Shown: positions 11,096 to 28,501 of the stretch, in pieces
Layout: each line of letters begins with the position of its first letter
How positions within the stretch are numbered: the first letter of the stretch is position 1
Source of the DNA: the human T2T-CHM13v2.0 reference genome, Homo sapiens
Assembly (NCBI RefSeq): GCF_009914755.1
Contig: NC_060931.1
Strand: one strand, 5' to 3'
Length of the DNA stretch: 64,000 bases
Translations under genes and position numbers: made by a program
The notes under the pieces: generated by a model
What the model was told of the DNA's origin: nothing
What the model saw: only the letters and a program-made list of their open reading frames with translations
Databases searched by the model: none

Positions 11096-12484
11096 CTTTT
11101 CTCAATAAGCTTTTCTAACTTCAATTGCAGCCCTCTTGCCCCTTCATCTTTAATTATACAAAGTCAATAAATGGACACAGTGGATATAATTTCCCTATAC
11201 CAGCATGCCAAACACTGACTGTTCCTTGGGTAAAAATAGCAATCCAATTCTTCTTTTTACCAGATTATTGTACTATCTTCCTAATTCATCTTCCTGTTGT
11301 CTTTCTTATTTCCTTCTAAACCACAATCTGCTGAGACCAAGATGTCTAGACTGTCTAAAAGCTTTCCTTCTTGGAGGCAACTTTCAGTCTGTCTTTTCCA
11401 CTCCTGCACCCGATCTATCTATCTTTAGCCAGAAAGAAGTACTTATAATTATTTAAACCCAGAAACATTTTAATCAACTGATCTTTTGCTCATGCTATCC
11501 TGTGTGATTAGAAATTCTTTCCCAATCCCCTTTCCTGGCAAATCCTTATCACTGTCCAAGGTTTAGCTCAAGGCTTTCGCCCTCAACAAAGCCTTTGCCA
11601 AGATGACAGTATCGCTATCTCTGGAGCACATTGTGCCACATCCATTCCACGGACCCTCCTCATTCACAACCCTGAATGTGCACGTGGCATATTATTGATT
11701 CCATAAAATGTGGCATATAAAACTGAAAAGGAAATGACATGAGCCATCTAGACCATTATATTTAGTAACTATCATGTCTTTAAATCTCTTCAATTTCTCT
11801 TCTTTGATTACCAATGCTAGCAATTGACTTTCTTTTAAGGAGCTATTTCTCTCTAAAAAAACGAAACTAGAAATAAAATAATGTCCCACATTATAATTGT
11901 AATACATAAAGGAAGTAGAGAATAACAAAGCTGTCCTGAAAGGTAGATACTGAAAGTCCACTATAGTTCCTTACTAGCTGTTTGATTGATTCACATACAC
12001 TAGCCAATAAGTAAATTCTCATCTGAGAAAAACTACCAGTAACACAAGTCATGGACGCTTGAGGTCCTATTAGAATAACTGACATTTAGAATACTGTCTA
12101 CTGATGAAGTTCTATCGAAAGCCTTTGGATAATAATGTAATTTTCTGTGCATGCATGTGTGATTGTGATTGTGTTTGTGTATATATAATACTGTGTGTGT
12201 GTAGACACAAACACTTGTATTCATCTTCCTTCAGTAATCAATACATCCTTTAAGGGAGAGAACATTATCTCTCTGTTATTCATTTGTAAGGTTTAGAACA
12301 GTGTTGACCCACAGATTTCATTTATATATTTGTTAAATAAATGAATAAAATAAAGAATAAAAATGGCCTTGGTAGCCAATATAGTAACTGACTGACTATG
12401 GTATCTAAAATAACACCCACTTACACATCTCTGTTCCCTTACTGGGCTTTACTTTTTCCTTAGCATGAATTCATGTTGGATGTT

Positions 12485-12685
12485 GTATTAGCATGTTTTC
12501 ACACTGCTATAAAGACCTGCCTGAGACTGGGTAATTTATAAAGGAAAAAGGTTTAACTCACTCACAGTTCAGCATGGCTGGGGAAGCTGCAGGAAATTTA
12601 CCAACATGGCTGAAGTCGAAGGGACAAGGCAGCAGGAAGGAGAATGAACACAGGAGGAACTACCAAATACTTATGAAACCACTGG
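12485..12685 (-). mobile_element. MaLR LTR fragment (THE1D/MST-like)
   Basis: tgtattag...ctgctataaaga...ctgagactgggtaatttataaaggaaaaaggtttaa...cacagttcagcatggctgggga. Confidence 0.8.
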
Positions 12686-13170
12686 ATACTTATGAAAACT
12701 CAAGTAGAAGGACCATGTAAGCAAATGAGTGGAGGTGGCATTTATAAAATATTCAGTGACAAATGTGTAGAGTCTAGAGCACACAGTAACAAGAAACAGT
12801 GGATGGACCTCAAAAGAAGACAGTGGAAATGAGTTAATCCTGGGAGCTGTGAGGGGGAAAGGAATAGAGACAGAGTCATTAAGTAGTCTGGAGAAGAGAC
12901 AAGGAAAGACCACGGAGAGGGGAAAAGGCTGTGAGTTGCATGAACATGACTAAAACCCTAAGTTACCACCAAGGGGTCAGCTGCCATATTCAAGAGTTCA
13001 TCAAGATATCCTTTGCATAGTTCTGTGGTTATTGTCCTGGTTTGTCTTTATTTTTATCAGTTTTGTGGGTGTTTTAGGTACTTCAGCTCACTTTTGCTTA
13101 TTTGTTTATTACAAAAGTACTATAATTAGGAGTCCAGAATAAGCACTAACACCTCAAAATTTCAGAAGCG

Positions 13171-13190
13171 CACACACACACACACACACA
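13171..13190 (+). repeat. (CA)10 microsatellite
   Basis: Read directly. Confidence 0.9.
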
Positions 13191-13500
13191 AATAGCCTCT
13201 TATTTTCTTATTTTCATTTCATTATTTTTATCAACAGAGCACTGGTGTTTCCACAAGGAAGCACCAAGGGTTGCAGCAAGGCATTAAGAGAGGCCTGAGA
13301 AGGTGCCCTGACCTCCCTGCCACACCCAATAGTGCCCCCTCCTTACCCCAGCTGTGCCTAGAGCAGCTCCTCCTTCACTACTCACTGACTTCCTTGTAAA
13401 AGTCCATTTGTCAAAAAAAGAAAATACATTTAAAGGCCACTGGTCTACCCAATACCAAGGTCTATCTAGTTAGGAGATACAATAGTGACACAGAACAGTA

Positions 13501-13711
13501 TTTTTTTTTATATATACTTTAAGTTCTGGGGTACATGTGCAGAACATGCGGTTTTGTTACATAGGTACACATGTGCCATGCTGCTTTGCTGCACCCATCA
13601 ACCCGTCACCTACATTAGGTATTTCTCCTAATGTTGTCCCTCCCCTAGGCCCCCACCCCCCGACAGGCCCTGGTGTGTGATGTTCCCCTCCCTGTGTCCA
13701 TGTGTTCTCAT
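13501..13711 (-). mobile_element. 5'-truncated L1PA (L1PA7/8-like) 3' end, ~210 bp
   Basis: tatactttaagttctggggtacatgtgcagaac...ccctccctgtgtccatgtgttctcat. Perfect TSD cagaacagtattttttt at 13491 and 13712. Confidence 0.9.
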
Positions 13712-14002
13712 CAGAACAGTATTTTTTTAAAAGATAGAATAGGAAAAATGCCTCACAGATGGTAATGTAAATATGAAATCTATTATTAGTATGAAAGATG
13801 CCTTGCTCACATTAGGTACTCAAAAAATATTTGTGAAATTATATTTAAAAATAGAAATTTTATAGTTAACTATTCTGTACTTTATAAAGTCTGAAATGAT
13901 TTCATCTTGTCATCAAAGATCAAACACATAGCCTAACAAGTATGATTATAATCATGAAGAATTTATGACAGAAAATCGTAAGGCATAAGAGGCCTATTTT
14001 AA

Positions 14003-14230
14003 TATGGTGGAAAGAGAAAAGGTTTTGAAGTCAGATTTTTTCACACTGGCTTCATCACTTCTTATATGTAGGCAAAGTAGTCGATTTCTTTTACTGTCAG
14101 TATCCTCATCAATGGAAACACAGAGTTTTCATATGCACACTTATAATTTGTTTGAAGAGTACAGTGAGATAACATATAAAATGCCTGGCATCCTGTGAGA
14201 CATGTATTCAGTTCTCCATCAATGGTAGCC
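14003..14230 (+). mobile_element. MIR
   Basis: ggtggaaagagaaaaggttttgaagtcaga...cagtatcctcatc...aaaatgcctggca. Confidence 0.6.
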
Positions 14231-15403
14231 CTTGTGGTTCTTTGAGGAAGAGAGGGGAGGTGAAGAAGTGTATATCTCCCCCAAAAAACATCAGAGGCAG
14301 CTTTGCACAGAGGGTGATAATGCAGCCTTTTAAGACGGTTTAGACTTTGATAAGTAAACCTAGAATGGAAAGCATTTCCAATGGAAGAAATAGAATAATC
14401 TAAAGTTTCAGGTGAGAAATCAAGAGACCAGTGTGAAGTATATAGGTCAGTTTAGTAATAAAAGAAGAAAGTATGGTATAGATGAGCTGAAGCCCCAGAA
14501 TTATCATTAGTATCAGCAACTATTTCGTAGACCACCTACTATATGAAAGATAATGTCCCAAGTTATGAGGGAGATACAGATGGGAATTACATGTGATATT
14601 AGAAACCCTACAAGATTACAGGCTCATTAAGAGGATTCAGCCAATAAGATTATATACCACATCTTTGTGCGAGACATAAAAATGCTGTAACTAAAAGCAA
14701 AGTGTTTATGATAATATTCTTGCCAAAATCTCTTGTGGGAAATTAAAAGGACACTTCTCAACTTTTGGCAGTAAATCTTTTTTTAAAAAAAAAAATTGTA
14801 TTGGCAAACTGAATTAGGTTCTGAAGGCAAGACTCTAGTATTGGCAAGTTGCAAATAAATGCCCCATGTTGACTAAAAACACAAATCCATAATCATTCAA
14901 CCTAACTCAGTAAGAAACCACATTTAAAAATGTATAGATCTCAGCTTCAAATGAAAAGGTATTTCTGTCATGATTCTACCACATTTTGATACACTTCTGA
15001 AACAACTCAGTATAGCTTTATTAGCTACTGACTTCAGATGGCATTTCTAATAACTGGTGGCTTTATTTGTTCAGATGAAGTGACTCAATTAAAAACATAA
15101 TTAACAAAACAGCATGCAGGTTTTCAAATTCACTGCCATACAACTAAGCAAATGGCGTCCCACATTATTATGTATTTGGGAGGAAGTAACAAATAACTAT
15201 TGTTTGGCTGATCTTGGTTATGTTTGTGAGGCAGAAATGTCGCAGGTCAGCATCAAGCCCCAACTCAAAGAAAAACCTCTCATACAAAGGTCAAACACCT
15301 AATGAAAGTCCATCTGGGAAGTGAGAATTTTGAAGACGGATCTAAATTTGTTAATTGATCTGTTACAGACTATTAAATTTGTGCCAGAAAAGGAATTGAT
15401 TAT

Positions 15404-15914
15404 TGCAAGGCAAGTCCCTGAATGACCCTAGAGACCCAGCTCTTCCTCCTTTCTCTAATGTAGTTCAAGGGCAACTGCAGAACGTGCTGGGAATGCAGCA
15501 TCCTGAGATAAAGAGAAACTATTAGAACAGTCCAGGCTCTGTTCTCATCCCTCTTAGAAGAGGACGTCCTGCAATGCTTTAGCTTGGAAATTCCGGTTAC
15601 CCCTGGATATAAAACCAGGGTGAAATGGGTTTTGAGGGCCCCTCAGCTGCAGTGTGATATGGGGCACATGTACGCAAGACTTCACCTGCCTTGGGCAGTT
15701 TTCATGAAGTTGGGGACCTGGCTTGCCATTGATTCCAGGCTTCTATTGTCCCTTGCTGCCTGTCTGTGAGTAATATAGTTGCTTTGCTTCACTTGTGTGA
15801 GTGTTTTGTTTCACCAGACTCATGCAAGTTAACTAATACTGGTGCATGGTATTGGTGAAGTCTTTAGAGTCCTCTCCTAGGATGTATACCAGTGCACAGA
15901 GAACTTGCTTCACA
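15404..15914 (+). mobile_element. Solo ERVL LTR (LTR47-like)
   Basis: TG...CA termini. 5-bp TSD ATTAT at 15399-15403 and 15915-15919. Internal TATA 'gatataaaacc'. End ccagtgcacagagaacttgcttcaca. Confidence 0.75.
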
Positions 15915-16059
15915 ATTATTGCTTTTAACAGAAAAAAAAAAATCACAAAAAATATTTACTCAGTAAAGTTTGATTGTGTCTGAAAAGCTGTACCAGTTTT
16001 CTCAGTTTGATACTTAGAAATATCAGAGCCTTAATGAAATAGTATTCTATTTACAATCC

Positions 16060-17002
<943 letters not shown>

Positions 17003-17016
17003 AAAAAATATATATG

Positions 17017-17033
17017 TAGATAGATAGATAGAT

Positions 17034-17075
<42 letters not shown>
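17017..17075 (+). repeat. Compound tetranucleotide STR (TAGA)4 TGA (TAGA)10
   Basis: Read directly. Confidence 0.95.
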
Positions 17076-17076
<1 letters not shown>

Positions 17077-17145
17077 GCAACAGCATGTTGCATGATCTAA
17101 ACTAAAATGTTAAGCATAAATTCATTTTTTAAAAAATGACTACTG

Positions 17146-18500
<1,355 letters not shown>

Positions 18501-18599
18501 ATGCACCAAAATTAGAAAACTGCTGTATTAAAATTTTCTTTTAAATTGGAATTTAATAATTACCCAGGTATGTTCATAGAATTTCAGAAAAGCTTCCAG

Positions 18600-20096
<1,497 letters not shown>

Positions 20097-20589
20097 TTAG
20101 CAATAAAAAGCCACTAATAACCTTAATGAGAGGAGTCTTAATGAAATTGTGAAGTTAAAATATCACATAGCTGTCTCAGAAATAATCATTCATTTAAGAT
20201 AACATTGGTTTGGAGACTATTTCTTGACTACTGGATAGCCTGTGTGATTCAGCCAAGTTATGTTAGAACAGCCTAATAAATATGCCACGTGACCTAATGA
20301 AAGTCTTCAAGAGCTCATAGAATATAAAGGAAAAGACTGTCCAATGTCAAGGGACCAAGTGCCAACTATAAGGGGGCTGGTATCACTCAAAAAAAAAAAA
20401 CGTAGAAATAGAATCCTATGTGATTCTTTCAGATTTTGGTTAAAGCGATAAAGCTTTCACTCATAAAAGAGTAAGAAATAAGAGACCATCTCACTGCTTC
20501 CATTCATGATTCAAGGAGTTCAAGGAACAAAACCAGCTACTGTGTGCTTTTATAAAGCTCTAAGAATGATACCTACACCTCTCCTCAGA

Positions 20590-20770
20590 ACCCCTTGCTG
20601 TGCAAGGCTACTCTCAGGGCCAGTAGCGTGGACCTCACCCAGGTGCTTGTTAGAAATGCAGACTCCCAAGCCTTACTCCAGCACTTTTGAATGAGAATTT
20701 CCATTTTGACGAGATTAAGATCCCCAGCTGAACTCTTATTTCTGCACATGAAAGTTTGAGAAACTCTTCT
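20590..20770. mobile_element. MER5A-like hAT-Charlie MITE
   Basis: cttgttagaaatgcagactcccaagcc...aaagtttgagaaactct. Confidence 0.7.
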
Positions 20771-20929
20771 AAACCACAATTTCTTTAACAATAAAAAATT
20801 TCAACATTTGGTAATTATTTGCTAATTTATTTATAGCCCAACTTCTTCAAATAAGTGCTTAAGACACTTTTAAAGATATATATGCACTCCAGAACAATTT
20901 AAAAGTAAAAAAATAAAGACCAAGGGAAA

Positions 20930-21165
20930 TAAGAATAGGAACATTTAATAACCAATATGTATGAAAGACTTTGCCTGTGCTAAGAGCTTTATATCTTTTA
21001 TTTTCACAATAACTTTAGAAAGTAATCAATATTATTTCAGTTTTACAGGTGAGGAAAATGTGAGTTAGAGAATTTAAGTAACTTGCCTAAGATTACAAAG
21101 TGTTAGAAACAGGGTTTGAACTCAGGCCTGCTTAACACCAAACTACACCTGTGCTCTCAATCACA
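20930..21165 (-). mobile_element. MIR
   Basis: ttttacaggtgaggaaaatg...taagtaacttgcctaagattaca...gggtttgaactcagg. Confidence 0.7.
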
Positions 21166-23083
21166 AAATTAAACAGTAAGGTCAAAATATAAAACCTGTG
21201 TGTACTCAAATCTATTTATAATGACTTACTCTGCATTTGGCTTTAAATGTTCTAGAAGCTCATGTGAATAGAAAATATCAGTGATTACAACATTCAGAAA
21301 GTCTGTATTTAATTTTCTGCCTGTCATAACATTAACTGTGTGGTAGAAGAGAGCTATCACTTTTGTTTTTAGAAAAGCTATGTATTCTTACAAAAGTATG
21401 AGCTATGTAAGACCTCAACAGAATGAACTGCATACCATGACAGTAAGGTCCTGTTTCTTAGCTAATGTGTGTATACAATATATCCAGAGAGTTTTTAATA
21501 TTGTAGCATAATCTTATACAAATAGATGACTTTATTATTTTTAAATAGATGACTGATACTTTATTATTCTGAACTAGAAAATGAGGAGGTAGGTGTACAA
21601 GCAGTAGCAGAGAAGCAGAACAGAGAGTCAGGAACTTGCTCCCTCATCATGTCCAACAGCCATGATAGTCAGAGCAGCCAGCACCTTAGGCTTTTTGGAG
21701 GCCATTAAAAATATTTGAGATATAAAGAAAAAAAATGATGTAACTAAAACAAGAAAATACCAACAGTTGAATTAATAATGTGATTAAAAATGGGTACACA
21801 ACAAAGCATTACATTAATAAAGTATGACATTTAACAATCAGAAAGTTTGCTGTATTTAAAAGTCATCTTTAGATTAGATTTTCTCTCTTTGCAAGGATTT
21901 TTCAATATACTTAGTGATGATCTAAAAATAAATTAGTTGGAGGCAAATAATTTCCAAAAGCAAAATCGCAAATAATTTCTACCCCAGAAAATCTAGGTTT
22001 GTATGTGTGTGTATGGAGACATATGTATCTCCCACAAAAAATATTAGAAGTCCTGGCCCTTAGCATAGGTACCAAAGTGAATGAGGATGAGGCTACTTGA
22101 TTTCCAGAGCTCCTAGTTTCTCCGCTGTCTGTAATTTAGGTCGTGTGCTAGGCTAGAGTGGAGCAGGAAATATCAAAGAGCCTGAAGGCTACCCCCTCCA
22201 CTCCCACCTCCACTCCACAAATGATGTAAAATCCCATCCCACAAGGTTCCCACACTGCTAGGAAGTGTCCACATGGGTACTAAGGCACAGCAAGGTAAAG
22301 ATGAGATGTGTATTTTCTTGGTTTAGCTGGCAAAAAAATAGGTTATTAATGCCTGGTTCCATACGAGGAACAAAACCCTAGAATAATCGAACAATTGCCC
22401 AGGAAGCCATTTGGATTGAAGTTAGCTACTCCTTCAAGAACGGAAGAGCTGAACTTGCCAGCTTTGATTTGCACGCCTTTCAGCTACTATTTCCAGCCGA
22501 TTCAGTTCATACAACTCCAGCTTTCATTTAGGGCTGAGCTCATTGACTAAAAAAATAAAGAAGAACTGAAAAAAAGGAAAAAACGAGAAAAGAAATCAAG
22601 GAAAGGCTTCATTGATTATTCAGAGTGTTGCTTTGGGAAAGAGAAAAATCTTGTTAGAAGCCTGGCAAACTTACTTCATTAGAGACCTAGTGACATCTTC
22701 CAAAACTAGAACATTACATGAGGTTAGTTTAAAACTTCAAGTGGCCTTATAGTTTGATAAGGATACCCACCCCCATCCACTCTGCTACATTATTTGCATT
22801 CTTCACCATACTTTTCGCAATGGTGAAATATTTGCTACTAAAAAATATGCCAAAAGAAGGAAAGAAATGTGACTTATTAGAAATTAGAAATGCTAAAATC
22901 AGGGACGGTGATTCTGATCACTCACTGTATCCTCTAAAAGCCCACTTTTCTTTCCTTCTAACAAGGTCATTTGGACCTCATTTTCACCATCCTCCTCCCT
23001 CATACACACAGTCCTACTCAATCTCCTTCTACCTAATGATTTAATGCATGCAGTGTTGATAAAATGAATGTGAAAATGAGCAT

Positions 23084-23087
<4 letters not shown>

Positions 23088-23118
<31 letters not shown>

Positions 23119-23384
23119 AGATAGAGTCTCTGTCGCCCAGGCTGGAGTGCAGTGGCGAGATCTCGGCTCACTGCAAGCTCCGCCTCCCGGGTTGACGCCA
23201 TTCTCCTGCCTCAGCCTCTCCGAGTAGCTGGGACTACAGAAGCCCGCCACCACTCCCGGCTAATTTTTTGTATTTTTTAGTAGAGACAGGGTTTCACCGT
23301 GGTCTCGATCTCCCGACCTCGTGATCCGCCCGCCTCGGCCTCCCAAAGTGCTGGGATTACAAGCGTGAGCCACCGCGCCGGGCC
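23088..23384 (-). mobile_element. AluY of the 12-bp-deletion lineage (AluYd / Dfam AluYc-type)
   Basis: 'tttcaccgtggtctcgatc' lacks ttagccaggatg. Also 'cctctccgagtag' and 'tacaagcgtgag'. TSD gagcatca[g/t]atttt. Confidence 0.85.
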
Positions 23385-24512
23385 GAGCATCATATTTTAT
23401 AATGGTATGTACGAATTGATTGCTTCCTGACCCTTCAGGAAGACCCTTCCCGGTCTTCTGAAGTTCTGCACAGTTACCATGTCAAAAAGGAAGAGGTCTT
23501 TTATTTTTCTTTCTTTTTTTCTAACTTTCTTTCCTTGGAAGCATCAAATGCTCCCACTCACTGACCTCTCTCTCTCTCAGAAATAATTAGCCTAAAGGCT
23601 AAAACTACCATGGAAATTTATCAAAGAGTAACTAAAAGATCAAAATGGCTTGGTCATGCCAAATAAACCTCATTTAGTTCTCTGAGAAAGTGGTTAATAA
23701 TAGTGATTTTATTGCCATAGAGTATCTTGGTTTCAGGAAATTATTTGACAAATACCCTGAAAATATACCACTAAGATAATGGTGTTTTCCTTAGACAATA
23801 ATATTATGAGGTACATACACTGTTAGATGACTACATTCTGGAGAAGTCAACTTGGAGAGGTGGCTACAAGAAGTTGATAGAAGATTCCCTCCTTCACCTG
23901 TTCCGTAAAGACTTAATAATTAGAATAAAAACATCAAAAGGATTCTAGTTCAAGCAGGAACACAAAATTGGAATAAATGTGGAATTACATTGGTGAGCGA
24001 ATCAATATTAACTATATTCTCAATGAAGTAAATACTGACTTGAAATAAATTAACATCTAAGAATAACTTTCAAATCCTGCATTTGAATACATTTAAGTCA
24101 ACAACTTAAATAAATATTAGAAGGTAATTTGTTTCACATTGGTTCATAGGATACACTGAAGGTATTACCTGACTACAAGTTTAATATATATATATAAATG
24201 GTAAGTATACATAAAAAAGCAAAGCTAATGAGCAAATCAGTACATTCCATTTTGGAGAAGCTCAAATTGGTAGAAAGTTCTTCCTTATATTGAGCTGGAT
24301 TCTATACACTAAATTTCATTTAATTTTTCTCAGTGAGAAATGAGGTTGAATTCCTAGCAACTCATGCATAGATAATAGGATACAGAATTAACCCTGATTA
24401 TAATATAATGTACCTGATGTGACTATGAAGCCGGAACTAACACTCAAATAGATTAGAGACTATTACCTTGCAGTTGCAAATTTTAACTGAATTTAAAGTA
24501 GTTGCTAACCTA

Positions 24513-24833
<321 letters not shown>

Positions 24834-27044
24834 TCACAGTATTTCCTTTAGACCATATAATAACATCTTTGTTTAATTGGAGTGTAAATCCAGCAACTTC
24901 ATGTATCTAGAAATATGTGTCCTATATCATCTTTCTACCCGTCTCCAGTAAAGTGCCTAGGCACATGGCAAATGGTGAATAAGTGAGTAAATTTTAAAAG
25001 ACTGACCAGCCAAACCCAATGAAACAATAGCATGTGGCTGATACTCTTAGAATATCAATCACTATCTTTTGAATTTTATGTATATTCTACAGTCTTGGTT
25101 ATCTGGTTTTCACATACGTAGGAAATAGAAGGAAGGAAAATAAATGCTACAGCCAAGTATATTGGTATCCAATCAAAATAAAAGAAAACATGGGGAAATT
25201 ATTTTTTAAAACTCATATGCACCTAGTTTAGAGTCATTTAGGGTGGAGTCAAATAACCCCCAATAACTCAGTTTACCCTAATAGAAGCACCCACAGACTT
25301 CACAATACTGATATTAATTAAGATAGATAAAGTCATTGAGGTATATTTATAAGGCATTATGTAATCAGCAATATGGGAAAGTATTGCAGTACCTTTTATA
25401 AGACTATACCTACAAGGTTTGATAGTTGGAAAAATTAGTACCTAAAGGCATGAACCCTTAGCTCTCTAAACAAACCCCACTATTTATGGTTACTTGCTCC
25501 CTCTGGCCTACTGTTTCATTACACTGAAAATCTCAATAGCAACTCATGTTACCAGCTTCCAGCAAGGGATCTTTCTTATGATCAATTCCTATTTTCACCT
25601 CAATTATCATAATATCCAGAGGGGTAGAATAAGAACATCATATCCAACTTATGAATATGTAAACCAAATTAACACATATAAAAGTAAAACAGGAGAAAAG
25701 TGAGCCAGTCTGTCCATCGAAGATAAATAATTTCTTTTTTACTTAATTATTCATTTAGACTGAACAAATTTATAGTGTGAATGCATAATAAATCCCAGGT
25801 ACCAGGCTGAGTGAAGCACATATAGAGATAAGCACCTCAATTGGGAGAATACATAAATATTTGGAAGAATAGTTTCAGAATGAGTTAAAAAGCAGAAGTT
25901 ACCATATATATGGTACTAAACTTTCTTCTTCAAAGCATGTTTCCATACTTAGTTGGACTAAATAAGCCTTAACTAATTTTCAGCCCCCAACTGCTATGAT
26001 TCTATCGTGCTCAATTCTACAAAATCACTGTGAGATAAACATGGCAGGCATTGTTAATTTGCAGTTAATAGACTATAAAATTGAAGATTTAATAGATTGC
26101 ATAACTTACTCCCAACCACACAGATAGTTAATACCAAAGCCAGATAAGAACTTAACTTGATTTGAGTCCTAATTATTCTATTTATTATGTAAAAACCCTC
26201 ATTCGTGTTTCATGAACGTAATCATCAGCTATCCCATTTCATAGACTGAAATCTCTGTGCTATGTTTACAAAGCAGCACATTGAATAAACGAGGCTTGTT
26301 CCCCCAGATGATGTGATATGTGCTGTTTGGTTAGTAAAAATGTTTCTGCTGCCTCCTTTGGCATTTCACATGCACAATTTATGAACAATTTGCTGTCACC
26401 TCTACTTACAGTGCTTCTTTCAAATAACTTCTATTTCCAGAGGACTTGTAAAAAGTAATTTAAGTGGCCCAAACCTGATCACTATGTGTATTTAAAGCTT
26501 GTCGGCTATTGTTGGTATGACATGGAGTTCCTTTCTGCTTAGGGTCACCCAGGATGTGAAATAAGTAAGACAAAATATGCATTTTTTTTTTCAGAGAATT
26601 GTAAAAAGGGAGTGACCTTAAATTGGTCCTTAAACTCCTAATCCAACAACCAGAATTTGTTTAATTCTGTTATATACAAGATTCTGTGGACATATAAAAT
26701 ATACTATATGACCCTCATCCATAAAGAGCCTAAACTAAAACTTGAAGGTTTTCATGAACGTGTGACAGTGCCTATATTCAATATGACAAAATGTTCCATA
26801 TAATTAAAAGTCTTACAAATACATGATGATCTCACCTCAGTTTGAACTCTCTCACTGATCACTTGATGACAATAAAAGATCTGATATTGTGTCAAGAAAG
26901 AATAAAGAAAAAAAGGGCTTACATTGTATGTGCTCCAAAATGTCTATAGTACAGTTCATTCTGAAGCCAGGGGGGGCGCTATTAGATGACTTATTTTCTT
27001 TAGTAATGTTTTTTCCAGATTATAAAAGATATATATGATAATCA

Positions 27045-27470
27045 CTTTCAACACTTGAGTTCCCCTAGAAAACCAACCAGAAAAATCTATTGACTAAGCA
27101 AAGCTAATTTTATTAAACCTACCGCAGCAGCAAAGAGGATAACCTTGACTACATCTTAGTGTCTCAGAAGGAATACGTAAAAGAGGATATTTCCAGGGTT
27201 TTGGGGTCAGGTCTCAAGTGGTATAAGTTGAATCTTTCAAAGCAGAGAATTGATTAGGATTCAGCAAAGTTCATATTATAATAGTTTAGTGAGATGAAGG
27301 TCTCAAAGTGAGTCTTAATAAATGAATTGTTTAATAAACAAGCTGTTGCCCCAAATAATTTGCTCAGATGAGTTAATTATTTGGACATATTGGCGTTCAG
27401 AAATTTTATGATACAACAAAGTTATGAATTGGTTATACTGCCTCATTTTCCTGGCCAAACATTTGCTAAA
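27045..27470. mobile_element. Old ERV1-type LTR fragment
   Basis: aagctaattttattaaacctaccgcag...accttgac...cttagtgtctcaga...gattaggatt...ataatagtttag resembles ancient ERV1 LTRs. Family uncertain. Confidence 0.4.
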
Positions 27471-27773
27471 ATAATGAGAGGAACTCAGGAGCTCTGCCTC
27501 GTTTTCATCTCAATTTTGTCCCTCAGTTCTCAGGAGACGTGAAACACACCTTGCCCACCCAGTTTTCTAATATGTTAAATGTGATTTGTAATTATTATTT
27601 ATGCTTTAAAGGATATCTGACTACATTCCAGGGGCCTCCAATGAAAACAGCACAGATTTTTATCATCAGATGTATTTACTGAATTTTATCTAAAGCTAAA
27701 TGTATTTTTTAAATTTAGCATTGGGACCTTAAAATCAAAGAATAAATATTTGCATAGAGATGGAAAGAAAAAA

Positions 27774-27809
27774 ATTGCTTCTCAGCCTTTTGGCTAAGAT
27801 CAAGTGTAG
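27774..27809 (+). pseudogene. RNU2: 3'-truncated (tailless) U2 snRNA retrocopy, U2 nt 1-36
   Basis: attgcttctcagccttttggctaagatcaagtgtag versus U2 ATCGCTTCTCGGCCTTTTGGCTAAGATCAAGTGTAG, differing by 2 CpG transitions. Flanked by direct repeat tagagatggaaa[g/t]aaa. Confidence 0.92.
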
Positions 27810-28089
27810 AGATGGAAATAAACATTTATTTGGGGGGAAGAAACCTTTTATCTGAAGTTTGAAAACTTTAGACCTATTATTCCTCAAGAAAACTAAAGTT
27901 ATACATAACGTATTCATTAATAATGATATTATTAGGGGAAAAGACTTTCAGTAAAAGTACAACAGGGGCAAAATCATACCTTCTGCTGGATGGTGGATTT
28001 AATTTTAAAACGCCAAGAGAATACTTCAAATCAGATAATAACAAAAGCCTCCACACTGAATAATAATATAAACCTCCCTACTGAAATAA

Positions 28090-28310
28090 TGTTAAGATTA
28101 CTATTTATTTTGCACTTATATGCAGGTGCTATGGTAAGATGTGTTTATATGCACACATAGTCTTATTTAATCATCGCAATCACCTTGCGAAGTAGGTAGT
28201 ATTATTACCATTTACAGATCGAAAAGAGAATCAAAGAGGTTCAGCATGTCACTCAACTCAGGAGAAGTGGTAAAAGCAAGAATCAAACTTGGTATATTTG
28301 ACTCTAAACA
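28090..28310 (-). mobile_element. MIR
   Basis: tatttattttgcacttatatgcaggtgc...ttatttaatcatcgcaat...catttacagat. Confidence 0.6.
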
Positions 28311-28501
28311 TATTCTCAAGATTGATAAAAGAAGGGAACATAGCTATTGTCATGAAATTAGAGCCTTGGTATTGAAATGTGATCTCTCAGCACCCTAGCA
28401 CTTTATCTTTCAAATGACTTTACACTGGAGGGTTTCTTTTTTATCAAAGGGAAAGAGCAGTCCTGTGAATCATTGGAAGAGAACTTTGGCTTTCAGGTGT
28501 G

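Noticed and set aside
26271-26328. Hairpin starting AAGCAGCACAT (miR-15/16-like seed) pairing with ATGTGCTGTTT
   Set aside because: Only ~11 bp of stem with a ~36-nt loop, too weak for a pre-miRNA. It matches no mature miRNA I know.
26966-26981. CTCF-like gccagggggggcgcta
   Set aside because: The 3' half fits, but spacing and core positions deviate from CCASYAGRKGGCRS. Not supportable without ChIP data.
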